From positions 3,501-67,500 of the forward strand of contig JBIJAX010000002.1 of assembly GCA_044345485.1 (NCBI GenBank): a stretch of DNA of 64,000 nucleotides, in the 5' to 3' direction. Every line of letters begins with the position of its first letter. The first letter of the stretch is position 1. Origin of the DNA: Candidatus Kapaibacterium sp. GTDB taxonomy: Bacteria; Bacteroidota; Ignavibacteria; Kapaibacteriales; Kapaibacteriaceae. Position numbers and translations under genes: made by a program. Shown in pieces: positions 46,369 through 54,759 of this stretch. The notes under the pieces are model-generated. The model worked only from the letters and a program-made list of their open reading frames with translations. It was not told the DNA's origin and did not search any database.

Positions 46369-49148
46369 TGAGTGTACATGTCTTTTATACATGTGTGCTG
46401 CTTCTCTGCAGCTTGATTTCTGCAGCAGAACTTCGCGCGCAAGCACGTATTGCGTCCAGTGTGTCGCGCCAGATAGACTCTGCATTGTTCGTCTTGGGCA
46501 TGCATCAGCGAGACCTCGCGATGCCGCACGATCTCGTTGACAGAGACAATCACAGATCTACAACGATAGACAATCTCTTCCGCAATCCATACTCGGCAGT
46601 GGATCTCAGCGAACAGATTGCCGACAAAAGCCTCTCTGAATCATCGTCATTGCAACCATTACAACAAGTGCTCCACAAAGCATTAGATCTCGGAAGCTAC
46701 CGGTGGGTGTACATAGATAAGATGGCTGAATCATCAGTTGTAACCTCCAAGCTGGGAATAGCTAAGAGCAGAGTCAACCAACTCAATATCGCATCATCGA
46801 TTCTGCTGTTTCGCCATGCAGGAATTTTGATTCATGCCTCAGAAGCGTTAAAACCACAATCAAAGAGAAATGCTGCAGAGAACCTGCTTGTTGCTGGAGC
46901 ACTAGACTCTTTGTGGCGCATTTCTCGAGAGTCTGAAACGACCACTGTTTGGGATGCATTTACAGAGGAAAACAGTTCTTTTACGCGGGCGCAGTCCATC
47001 TATAACTCTGTGCACGTCTCTTCGGTAAAGAAGATACTTGATCTCGGCCCATCATTGCATGACGATCTGTTGCGAATTTCATCCGAGCTGTTACTTGCAA
47101 AGGACGTATTGACAGACAGCATATCAACGATCATCTTCGACACACCATTTGGCAGAGTTGCCATTGGTGGTCCGGGGAATGATGTCTATCAGGGTCAGTT
47201 CACCATGATTATTGATGTTGGTGGTGATGATGTCTACAAACTCACTTCTGAGTCCCTTGCCGAGCACCTTGCCAATCCTGTCCGATTCATTGTTGACCTC
47301 GAAGGAAATGACTCGTATTCCGGTGATGATTATTCTCTGGGAGCCGGTGTTTACGGCGTTGGCGTCCTCATTGATCGTGCTGGTAATGATGTGTACTCTG
47401 CCGGGTCCTACTCGCTTGGGTCTGGATTGATGGGCTATGGCATTCTCCATGACCTTCAAGGAGATGACTCCTACTCTAGTGGCACGAATTCTCAAGGGGC
47501 TGGCATTCTTGGTATCGGACTCCTACTCGATGACTCTGGAAATGACAACTATCGCTGCCACGCGCAATCTCAGGCATTTGCAGGCGTTGGCGGTGTTGGT
47601 GTACTTGCCGACCGCACAGGCAACGATATGTACGTGGCTGCAAGTCCTTACGTGGATGTGCTTCGATACGACAATCACCAGATTACATTCGCTCAAGGTG
47701 CAGCTCTGGGAAGCCGTCCACATGCATCGGGTGGAATTGCGGTTTTAGCAGACGGTGGTGGCAGCGACACCTACGTCTGCGACATTTACGGACAAGGAAC
47801 AGGATACTGGTTTGGTCTTGGTTCGCTCATAGACCGTGGCGGCGATGACAGATATCTAGCCTATCAATATGCCCAGGGGTCAGGTGTACATTTTGCAACT
47901 GGATATCTGCACGACCTCAATGGTGATGATACATATGTATCTCATGGAGTTTCGCAGGGCTGCGGACATGATATTGCATACGGATTCCTCTTCGATGAGA
48001 ATGGCAATGACACCTACACATGCGAGAGCCTTTCCTTAGGAAGTGGCAACGCAAATGCTGTATCCATCTTTGTCGACCTTCGCGGTGATGACGGCTACCT
48101 TGCAAAAGACACAACCAATACCATGGGGTTTTCTGACTATCGCCGAGGATATGGGATGATTAGCCTGTTTATTGACTCACAGGGTAACGATCGCTATACA
48201 TCTTCCCTTGACAACTCGGCTTCGCGGATACGTTCAACCTACGGTGCATTCCTAGATTATACCGATACTACGCTGCAAGTTCTTCAACAACAGTCTGCAC
48301 CTGTCACGTCTCACGCTGGGCTTCCCTCGTCTGTCGATAGTTTGTTTGTACTCGCTTCTGCATCTCATCTACGCTTTCAGAGTTCAGTCGAGCCAGCACG
48401 CCGACAACTGGGAAGTATGGGCGTGTCTGTACTTCCTCTACTTGAACAGTACCTCGGCACGCAAATGCCTCGGCAGCGCATCACCATAGAAACCGTAGCC
48501 AAGCAGCTTTATGCCCAGCATCCAGACTCAACGCTGGCGATGCTTGCGCGTGGGTTGCGATCCGGCAACTATACAGCTGTTGGGACTTCTGCTGCAATTG
48601 CATCCACAATCAAAGCTCGTGCGTTGTCTCCTATTCTTCTTGAGCTTTCAACGCATCAGGACTGGCGAAGGCGACGTCTAGCTGCACATACCCTTGGCGA
48701 GATTCGTGACACAACATCAATAAATCGTCTCACAAGTCTGTTAAACGACTCAGTTGCATATGTGCGCGCCCGTGCTGCATTTGCTATGGGATCAACTTTA
48801 AGTCTTCCGTTTTCAGTTCTTGCCGCCCCCTTAAAAGACTCGCTTCAAGTGGTTCGATACAGCGCTGTTGAAGGAATCAATCGCAGTAGAAAGCTCACCA
48901 TAAGTGAGATAACGCGGTATTTAGCGTCAGTTAGCAGTGATGGGCACTTCTGTTCAAACGCGCGTCTTCTGCTGAATGCCGACACAACTAACGCTGATCT
49001 GAGAGTATGGAAGGCATGGGTTAAGAATCTCTCGACTGCGCGCATTCAGGCCCTGCGACGCATTCAGCGTTTACTCCCCTCAGCTTTACAGCCTGCACTG
49101 CTACCATCCAAGCAAAAGGCGAAGAAATCTAAACGAGCGGCAGCGTGA
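46368..49148 (+). CDS. secreted repeat protein: GNDxY 26-residue beta-solenoid-like array plus C-terminal HEAT/PBS-lyase-like repeats
   Basis: A signal peptide is present (MSVHVFYTCVLLLCSLISAAELRAQ). Thirteen GxDxY units fall between residues 265 and 612. HEAT-like repeats lie near the C-terminus (HQDWRRRRLAAHTLGEIRD...LLNDSVAYVRARAAFAMG). The tail is basic. ATG 46368 overlaps the upstream TGA by 1 nt. Confidence 0.7.
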   Translation: MSVHVFYTCVLLLCSLISAAELRAQARIASSVSRQIDSALFVLGMHQRDLAMPHDLVDRDNHRSTTIDNLFRNPYSAVDLSEQIADKSLSESSSLQPLQQVLHKALDLGSYRWVYIDKMAESSVVTSKLGIAKSRVNQLNIASSILLFRHAGILIHASEALKPQSKRNAAENLLVAGALDSLWRISRESETTTVWDAFTEENSSFTRAQSIYNSVHVSSVKKILDLGPSLHDDLLRISSELLLAKDVLTDSISTIIFDTPFGRVAIGGPGNDVYQGQFTMIIDVGGDDVYKLTSESLAEHLANPVRFIVDLEGNDSYSGDDYSLGAGVYGVGVLIDRAGNDVYSAGSYSLGSGLMGYGILHDLQGDDSYSSGTNSQGAGILGIGLLLDDSGNDNYRCHAQSQAFAGVGGVGVLADRTGNDMYVAASPYVDVLRYDNHQITFAQGAALGSRPHASGGIAVLADGGGSDTYVCDIYGQGTGYWFGLGSLIDRGGDDRYLAYQYAQGSGVHFATGYLHDLNGDDTYVSHGVSQGCGHDIAYGFLFDENGNDTYTCESLSLGSGNANAVSIFVDLRGDDGYLAKDTTNTMGFSDYRRGYGMISLFIDSQGNDRYTSSLDNSASRIRSTYGAFLDYTDTTLQVLQQQSAPVTSHAGLPSSVDSLFVLASASHLRFQSSVEPARRQLGSMGVSVLPLLEQYLGTQMPRQRITIETVAKQLYAQHPDSTLAMLARGLRSGNYTAVGTSAAIASTIKARALSPILLELSTHQDWRRRRLAAHTLGEIRDTTSINRLTSLLNDSVAYVRARAAFAMGSTLSLPFSVLAAPLKDSLQVVRYSAVEGINRSRKLTISEITRYLASVSSDGHFCSNARLLLNADTTNADLRVWKAWVKNLSTARIQALRRIQRLLPSALQPALLPSKQKAKKSKRAAA
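47157..48200 (+). repeat. in-frame coding tandem repeat, about 78 nt (26 codons) per unit, 13 units
   Basis: Examples of the units are FIVDLEGNDSYSGDDYSLGAGVYGVG, VLIDRAGNDVYSAGSYSLGSGLMGYG, ILHDLQGDDSYSSGTNSQGAGILGIG, SLIDRGGDDRYLAYQYAQGSGVHFATG, YLHDLNGDDTYVSHGVSQGCGHDIAYG and FLFDENGNDTYTCESLSLGSGNANAVS. The consensus is h-L-h-D-x-x-G-N/D-D-x-Y-x5-S-x-G-x-G-x-x-G-h-G. Confidence 0.8.
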
Positions 49149-50755
49149 TCCGCCACCATGTAACACTTCAGCGCCTTGCCGACGAGCTGATGTCCCGTTT
49201 TGAAGGCTTCACACTAACGCGTGCATGGTCGCAGTCAAAAGAGGTTGCAATCCTCGAGTTGTCCAGCGCAACAGATACACACCTCTTGGAATGTGATGTT
49301 CGCTCGAGTTTCGGTACAATCCTGCTAAAGGACAACACTCGACGTGCTCTGCGCAACTCAATCGACGTGTTCACGCAAGCTTGGCACCAACGGCTAGCAC
49401 TTGTAACGAAACATCCACAAGACCGAATCATTACGCTATGGTTTGAAAACTGTCAACTTCACATTGAGTTGTTTTCTGCAGGCAAGGGCAACATCGTTCT
49501 TGTTCAGAATGGTGTAGTTGTAGACGCTCTGCACAACAAACACGATCGAGTTGGGTACGCCTTCGTTGTCACTGCGCGCAAGCCGCCAGAAGTTGATGTG
49601 ACACGCGACGCAGTCCATGTTCTGACCGAACTTCAACCGCATCTGGGCAGGTGGTTTGCCATTGAATGCTGTCTCAAAGCAGGAATTCATGGTACAGCTC
49701 GCTACGATGAACTTGACCATGATCAGCAACGAATACTCCAAGAGACATCACAGAGCATGCTTGAGCTCGCGATGCAATCGCATACCTGGTACGTGGTCTC
49801 ACATCAAAATGACGTGCTCCTTACGCCTGTGCCACTTGCACACACCAGTCTGCTTCATGAATACAGTAGTGTGCTGCAGGCATTAGCGAAGACGATTTCA
49901 CTTCGTGAACAGCGGAAGCATTTTGAGGCACAGCGCACGACGATGCTCAAGGTAATCTCACGACGAATGTCCCGGGTGGAAGGCACCTTGCGGAACCTCA
50001 GAACAGATGAGCTCAGAGATACTCGCGAGCATGACTACAGGCATTCGGCTGATCTATTGATGGCACTACCTGATCCCCATAGACGGGATTTAGATGCTAT
50101 TGATGCCCTTGATTGGAATACTGATCAGTCCGTGCGCATTCCATTGCAGCCCGCGCTTACCATACTCGAAAATGCCCAGCGCCTGTATGGCAAATCCCGC
50201 ACCTCGCAACTTGCAGCGCAGCACCGAACACTGAGGATTCCTGCTCTTGAACGCGAGCTCACAGAACTTCAGTCATATATGGAGCAGGCATCAACAGCTG
50301 CATGCATTCAGGATCTCCCACACATACCCCTCTCTCTGGCTCGAATGAACTCCCCACAAACCTCGAAGGCGCCCGAAGAGAAATACCGCGTATTTCTCCT
50401 TGATGATCAGCACACCCTCTACGTTGGAAAGTCTGCAGCAAACAACGACGAGCTCACGATGAAGTTTGCAAAGCAGCAGGACTGGTGGCTGCACGTGCGC
50501 GGCGCAAGTGGCTCACATGCGGTTCTCCGTGGTGTTGCCGGACCCAAGATCCCGAAGCAGGTCTTAGAAGCCGCAGCTGGAATCACAGCGTATTACTCTC
50601 ATGCAAGAAATGCCAGCTACGTGCCCGTCGTCTATACGCAGCGGAAGTACGTGCGCAAACCGAAGGGGGCAAATGTTGGCGCCGTCGTTATAGACAAGGA
50701 ACAAACAGTGATGGTCAAGCCCTCACTACCTGCAGGCACATCTGCATCAGACTAA
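49145..50755 (+). CDS. NFACT-family protein (FbpA/RqcH-like, NFACT-N plus DUF814/NFACT-R)
   Basis: The N-terminus is NFACT-N-like. The C-terminus is DUF814-like (DWWLHVRGASGSHAVLRG...ITAYYSHARNASYVPVVYTQRKYVRKPKGANVGAV). The start is a GTG that overlaps the upstream stop as GTGA. Confidence 0.75.
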   Translation: MIRHHVTLQRLADELMSRFEGFTLTRAWSQSKEVAILELSSATDTHLLECDVRSSFGTILLKDNTRRALRNSIDVFTQAWHQRLALVTKHPQDRIITLWFENCQLHIELFSAGKGNIVLVQNGVVVDALHNKHDRVGYAFVVTARKPPEVDVTRDAVHVLTELQPHLGRWFAIECCLKAGIHGTARYDELDHDQQRILQETSQSMLELAMQSHTWYVVSHQNDVLLTPVPLAHTSLLHEYSSVLQALAKTISLREQRKHFEAQRTTMLKVISRRMSRVEGTLRNLRTDELRDTREHDYRHSADLLMALPDPHRRDLDAIDALDWNTDQSVRIPLQPALTILENAQRLYGKSRTSQLAAQHRTLRIPALERELTELQSYMEQASTAACIQDLPHIPLSLARMNSPQTSKAPEEKYRVFLLDDQHTLYVGKSAANNDELTMKFAKQQDWWLHVRGASGSHAVLRGVAGPKIPKQVLEAAAGITAYYSHARNASYVPVVYTQRKYVRKPKGANVGAVVIDKEQTVMVKPSLPAGTSASD

Positions 50756-50761
50756 CCCAGA

Positions 50762-53700
50762 CTACCGAATCACAGCAACAGGTATCGAACATTGGTTAGA
50801 CACGAGGATGTAAACTCCTGTTGGCAAATGGCTTATCGACACAACACAGGATGTCTGCACAATGTCGTTCTGAGAAAGCACAATCCGTCCTGCCGTATCA
50901 TAGAGTTCAATCCTTCCTAAGGGCTCAGAACCTGTTATACGGAGAACATCGGCCTCGGCATGCGCGGTCAGCTTACCGCCCTTGCTGTAGATATCTTCTG
51001 CGTTCACAACAGCACCGTCATAGCCGATACACAACTGGTGTGAAGTGATCATTCCGCGGCTTATCTCGGTTGTAGACAGGCTGTGGTTGGCTGCATTGTA
51101 GACAAGACTATTCGGGACCAAGCCATAAGAAAACGGCGAATCTACTTCCCATTGAAACCGCGACTGCATCGCAAAGCTTCGCCCCGTAGCTTGCTCGCGC
51201 GTAAAGAGTGAATCACAGCCATGGATAATTGATGATACTTCGAGTGGACGTTTGTCGAGTGTAAAAGCGTCGAGCACAAACCAGCTTCCTAACAGCGACT
51301 GACTTTTTCGCAATTGTTCGTCTGGCAACACATACAGCCTCGTGAGAGATAGCACAGTATTGGGAGGCACAGGATTTGTGAGTGTAATCTGCGCATCATG
51401 CCTTGTGAACAGCAGCGTCGACATTGAATCTGTGACAGTAATCACCTGTCCCACACCAGGACCGACGAGCGCGCCTGACGCCGCACGGCGGGCACCACCT
51501 TCGAGTCTACCATCTCTTCCAGACTTTTTCTCATAGAGCGTTGGTCCGTGAGATTCATTGAACTGGTAGTATGCCAACAAGTTTGATTCATCCGACAAGC
51601 GGACCAAGTGCATCAAACGGCGTATCTCACTGACGGACAATTTCCGTGCATAGATCGAGACTTCATCGATCAAACCGGAGAAGTTTCGCGAACTCCAATA
51701 GTGATAGGTACCCAGTGTAAATGTCAGAGATCCAAGTTGCAGGGGCGACAGTTTTACAGCATTTGTACTTGGGTATCCGTTCACAAATACTGTTGCTCCA
51801 TTGGAATCAACCGTAAGTGCAACGTGCGACCAGACATCCGGCTCAAGGCGTAGTCCAGAATTCCACCACCACTGTCCTCCAGTCCAGAGATACCCCAGTT
51901 CGTTTCGATCGTTCACAAACTGCAAACCAATCTCCTGACTTACACCTGGGTCTGCATCAGTGCAAAGGATTGCCGAGAAATTCGGCTGATAGCCATTAGG
52001 CTTCACCCATGCCGTAAAGGTGAACTCACGTGCGGCAGCATCATATCTGCCTAGCGTAACGTGATCATCTGGGTCCGAAAGATCAGCAGCAAATCCAGGC
52101 GCTGGATCGCTGCCATCACACTCGCTAGGCAGAACAGTCACGGCTTGTTCTATACGCATAGTATCTGCGCCCTGTTCGTTAGCAATAACAAGTTCTACTG
52201 CGTAGCGTCCTGGTTTAGCATAAAAGACCTGTACCGTAGGATCTGATGACACGGCCGGCCGTCCACCTTCAAATCTCCATGAGCGAACAAAACCTACCGA
52301 CTCGAGCGCTGCTGAACGGCATCCAAATCTCACGGGGATGCGCGAACATCGCACGGTGTCAGTGTCGAGTGAGATCTGAGCGCTCGGAACTGCTGTTGAT
52401 GGCAGGTCTATCTGCCAGAGTCCCCTACTGGTAGCAACACGAAGTACCCCATTTCGCTCATTGATATGCAGCGTGTGCGCTTCACACAATGGAAGTCCGG
52501 TTCCATAGATCTGCCAGCTAGTCTCTGGGGTGTACCGATACACACCTGCATTCGTGCCAGCATACAATTCAGCCTGTGTGCCGCGCCTGTGGACAATTGT
52601 TCGCACAGCCGCTTCTGGGAGACCTTGTGATAGGTTACTCCAAGTAATACCACCGTCATTGCTTATTGCGGCCTTGATCTGCTTCTGCGTGCCGCTAAAT
52701 GCAAGGTAGATTACATTTGGGTCGCTGTCGGAAAAGGCCATATCAGCCATGCCCCTTCCACGTGCGAGACTCTGCGGAGGAGTAATGTTCTTCCATGTTT
52801 GGCCAGCATCGGTTGTCCGCCACAATCCATCATCACCAAAAACGAGCTGATGCTCACTCATTCGTGGATGCACCCGAAGACGGAAGGCCCAGTTCGTAAA
52901 CTTCTTAACGGTCTGCCAGGTGGATGCATTGTCGTGCGATACAACGACTCTATCCTGTTCGTAGTCAATTGCATAGAGTTTGTAATACCGATACGCATCA
53001 ACCTGGATATTATCCATGGTGATGTACCCGAGATCGATGCCCAATGCGACCGATGAAGGAGGCACTGCCCTGCTCCTGGTTCGCAGTCCTCGCACGCTAG
53101 ACCATGGCTTTGCGTAGAGCCATTCAGACGCAATCGGGTTTACATTGGCACCCATTGCATCGGCACCCGACCATGCATACCAGCCATCGACAGGTTGCGT
53201 TTTCATGTAGACGGACGTATCGCGAATGGTAATCGGCAGATGATATGCACCAATGGCCATAACTGCGCCGTCGTGCGATTGATCAAATCCCCAGATCTCC
53301 GATGCGGAAATACCAAAGCTTCGCTCCAACAGTGTTGCGCCTCGATCCGGACTAAGCTGAATTCCACCGTCTGTGGTGATCCAGATAGAGTCACTTCGAA
53401 TAGAAACAGACTGTACATCATAGTGCATGGGCGGCAGGCTACTCCACGAGCGTCCACCATCTGATGACTTGTATGGAAAGATGCCCGCGACGACCATGAA
53501 GTTTGGATCCGTGCTTGATATCGCAAACCCCATATCCCATGTAATCTGTCCAAGGCCATTTCCCTCGATACTGTAGTCGAAGAGATTTGGATTACTGATC
53601 TTATCTACACGCTCCGGACCATCAACAGAGCCGCAGCATCGATGTTCAAATGTTGAGCCTTGGTCAGTTGAAATGTATAGTCCGTAGGTTCCCGATACAC

Positions 53701-54757
53701 TGTCTCCGGACGATCCTCCAATAGCAACACCAACCATGTTTGGAGAAGCTGGAGTTACAGCCAGAAGTGCGCGTGACATTTTTCGATCAGGCCTAGCAGG
53801 CGGATATCCGACCCCTACAGCATCAAACTTCACTCCGGTGCTCGTGGACCGGATAAAGGAAATGTGAGCCCCTTGCTGGACAAGGCCATAGCAGACTTCG
53901 TTCTTTGTGGGGTGCCAGAGTAAGTCCCACCAGGTGCCTTCAAAGTTGCAAGACTGACGCCACGTACTCCCCGCGTCGGTTGAAGTATACAGCCTGTTCA
54001 GCGCTGCGATTACGATACGCTTCGGATCGTTGGGTGCAACGGCAACAAGATCTACTGCTCGTGCTGTTGAGAGAAGTGCATCTCCTTGCAGTATGATCTT
54101 AGACCACGTAAGCCCCCTGTCACTTGAGACATACAAGCCGTCGCTCGTAGCTGCATACACCGTACTTCCAGAGAAAGCGAATCTCCACACCGTTTGAATT
54201 GGCGTCGAGAGTGCGACGTTTGTCCACGTTTTACCCGCATCGACACTGCGCCAGATTCCAGAGGAAATGCCACCAGCTAAGATCACTGAGGAGTTTGTGG
54301 GATCGGTAATATGTGTCCTCAGAACTCCGATACCTTGCGAACCAGTAGCCATTCGAGCAGTTGTGTCCCAACCGAATGGACCTATTGGCATCCATTGCTG
54401 ATCTCGACGCTGTCCCTGATCTGACTTTTGTATCGGAAAGCTCTTTGAGAGGAACCGATCAATATCCTCTGATGAACTCCACTTCGGACCTACCACTCCA
54501 GTAGCATCGATATATGGACGCTGCTCGGCCAGCCAACGCAATACCTTGCGAACCTCTTTACTGGGGTTTTGCGGATGTACCGTTGTATCAGCTTTCAACG
54601 CAGCATACACATCGTAGTAATTTGCACTGGGCTTAGCATATAATGTAAACCACCTGCTTTGAGCGTGATGCGGATTAGATGGATATCGCCCATAGTGCTG
54701 CCCGGTAACTGTTGTAACGAGCGATAGCAGAATTGCCAGGACGACGGAACTACGCAT
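50762..54757 (-). CDS. large T9SS-sorted protein with BNR/Asp-box beta-propellers, PKD-like and LamG-like domains
   Basis: A signal peptide is present (MRSSVVLAILLSLVTTVTGQ). There are eight SxDxGxTW-type Asp-boxes (SVDAGKTW, SSDRGLTW, STDAGSTW, STDQGSTF, SSDGGRSW, SHDNASTW, TTDAGQTW, SNDGGITW). A LamG-like segment occurs (FTFTAWVKPNG...LIDEVSIYARKLS). The C-terminus is sorting-domain-like (LPTGVYILVSNQCSIPVAVIR). Confidence 0.8.
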   Translation of the reverse strand: MRSSVVLAILLSLVTTVTGQHYGRYPSNPHHAQSRWFTLYAKPSANYYDVYAALKADTTVHPQNPSKEVRKVLRWLAEQRPYIDATGVVGPKWSSSEDIDRFLSKSFPIQKSDQGQRRDQQWMPIGPFGWDTTARMATGSQGIGVLRTHITDPTNSSVILAGGISSGIWRSVDAGKTWTNVALSTPIQTVWRFAFSGSTVYAATSDGLYVSSDRGLTWSKIILQGDALLSTARAVDLVAVAPNDPKRIVIAALNRLYTSTDAGSTWRQSCNFEGTWWDLLWHPTKNEVCYGLVQQGAHISFIRSTSTGVKFDAVGVGYPPARPDRKMSRALLAVTPASPNMVGVAIGGSSGDSVSGTYGLYISTDQGSTFEHRCCGSVDGPERVDKISNPNLFDYSIEGNGLGQITWDMGFAISSTDPNFMVVAGIFPYKSSDGGRSWSSLPPMHYDVQSVSIRSDSIWITTDGGIQLSPDRGATLLERSFGISASEIWGFDQSHDGAVMAIGAYHLPITIRDTSVYMKTQPVDGWYAWSGADAMGANVNPIASEWLYAKPWSSVRGLRTRSRAVPPSSVALGIDLGYITMDNIQVDAYRYYKLYAIDYEQDRVVVSHDNASTWQTVKKFTNWAFRLRVHPRMSEHQLVFGDDGLWRTTDAGQTWKNITPPQSLARGRGMADMAFSDSDPNVIYLAFSGTQKQIKAAISNDGGITWSNLSQGLPEAAVRTIVHRRGTQAELYAGTNAGVYRYTPETSWQIYGTGLPLCEAHTLHINERNGVLRVATSRGLWQIDLPSTAVPSAQISLDTDTVRCSRIPVRFGCRSAALESVGFVRSWRFEGGRPAVSSDPTVQVFYAKPGRYAVELVIANEQGADTMRIEQAVTVLPSECDGSDPAPGFAADLSDPDDHVTLGRYDAAAREFTFTAWVKPNGYQPNFSAILCTDADPGVSQEIGLQFVNDRNELGYLWTGGQWWWNSGLRLEPDVWSHVALTVDSNGATVFVNGYPSTNAVKLSPLQLGSLTFTLGTYHYWSSRNFSGLIDEVSIYARKLSVSEIRRLMHLVRLSDESNLLAYYQFNESHGPTLYEKKSGRDGRLEGGARRAASGALVGPGVGQVITVTDSMSTLLFTRHDAQITLTNPVPPNTVLSLTRLYVLPDEQLRKSQSLLGSWFVLDAFTLDKRPLEVSSIIHGCDSLFTREQATGRSFAMQSRFQWEVDSPFSYGLVPNSLVYNAANHSLSTTEISRGMITSHQLCIGYDGAVVNAEDIYSKGGKLTAHAEADVLRITGSEPLGRIELYDTAGRIVLSQNDIVQTSCVVSISHLPTGVYILVSNQCSIPVAVIR

Positions 54758-54759
54758 AA

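Noticed and set aside
47157-48200. Regular periodicity of about 78 nt that could be mistaken for a CRISPR array or a non-coding tandem repeat.
   Set aside because: The repeat lies in frame inside a long ORF. The units are conserved at the amino-acid level (GNDxY) but degenerate at the DNA level. There are no unique spacers and no cas genes nearby.
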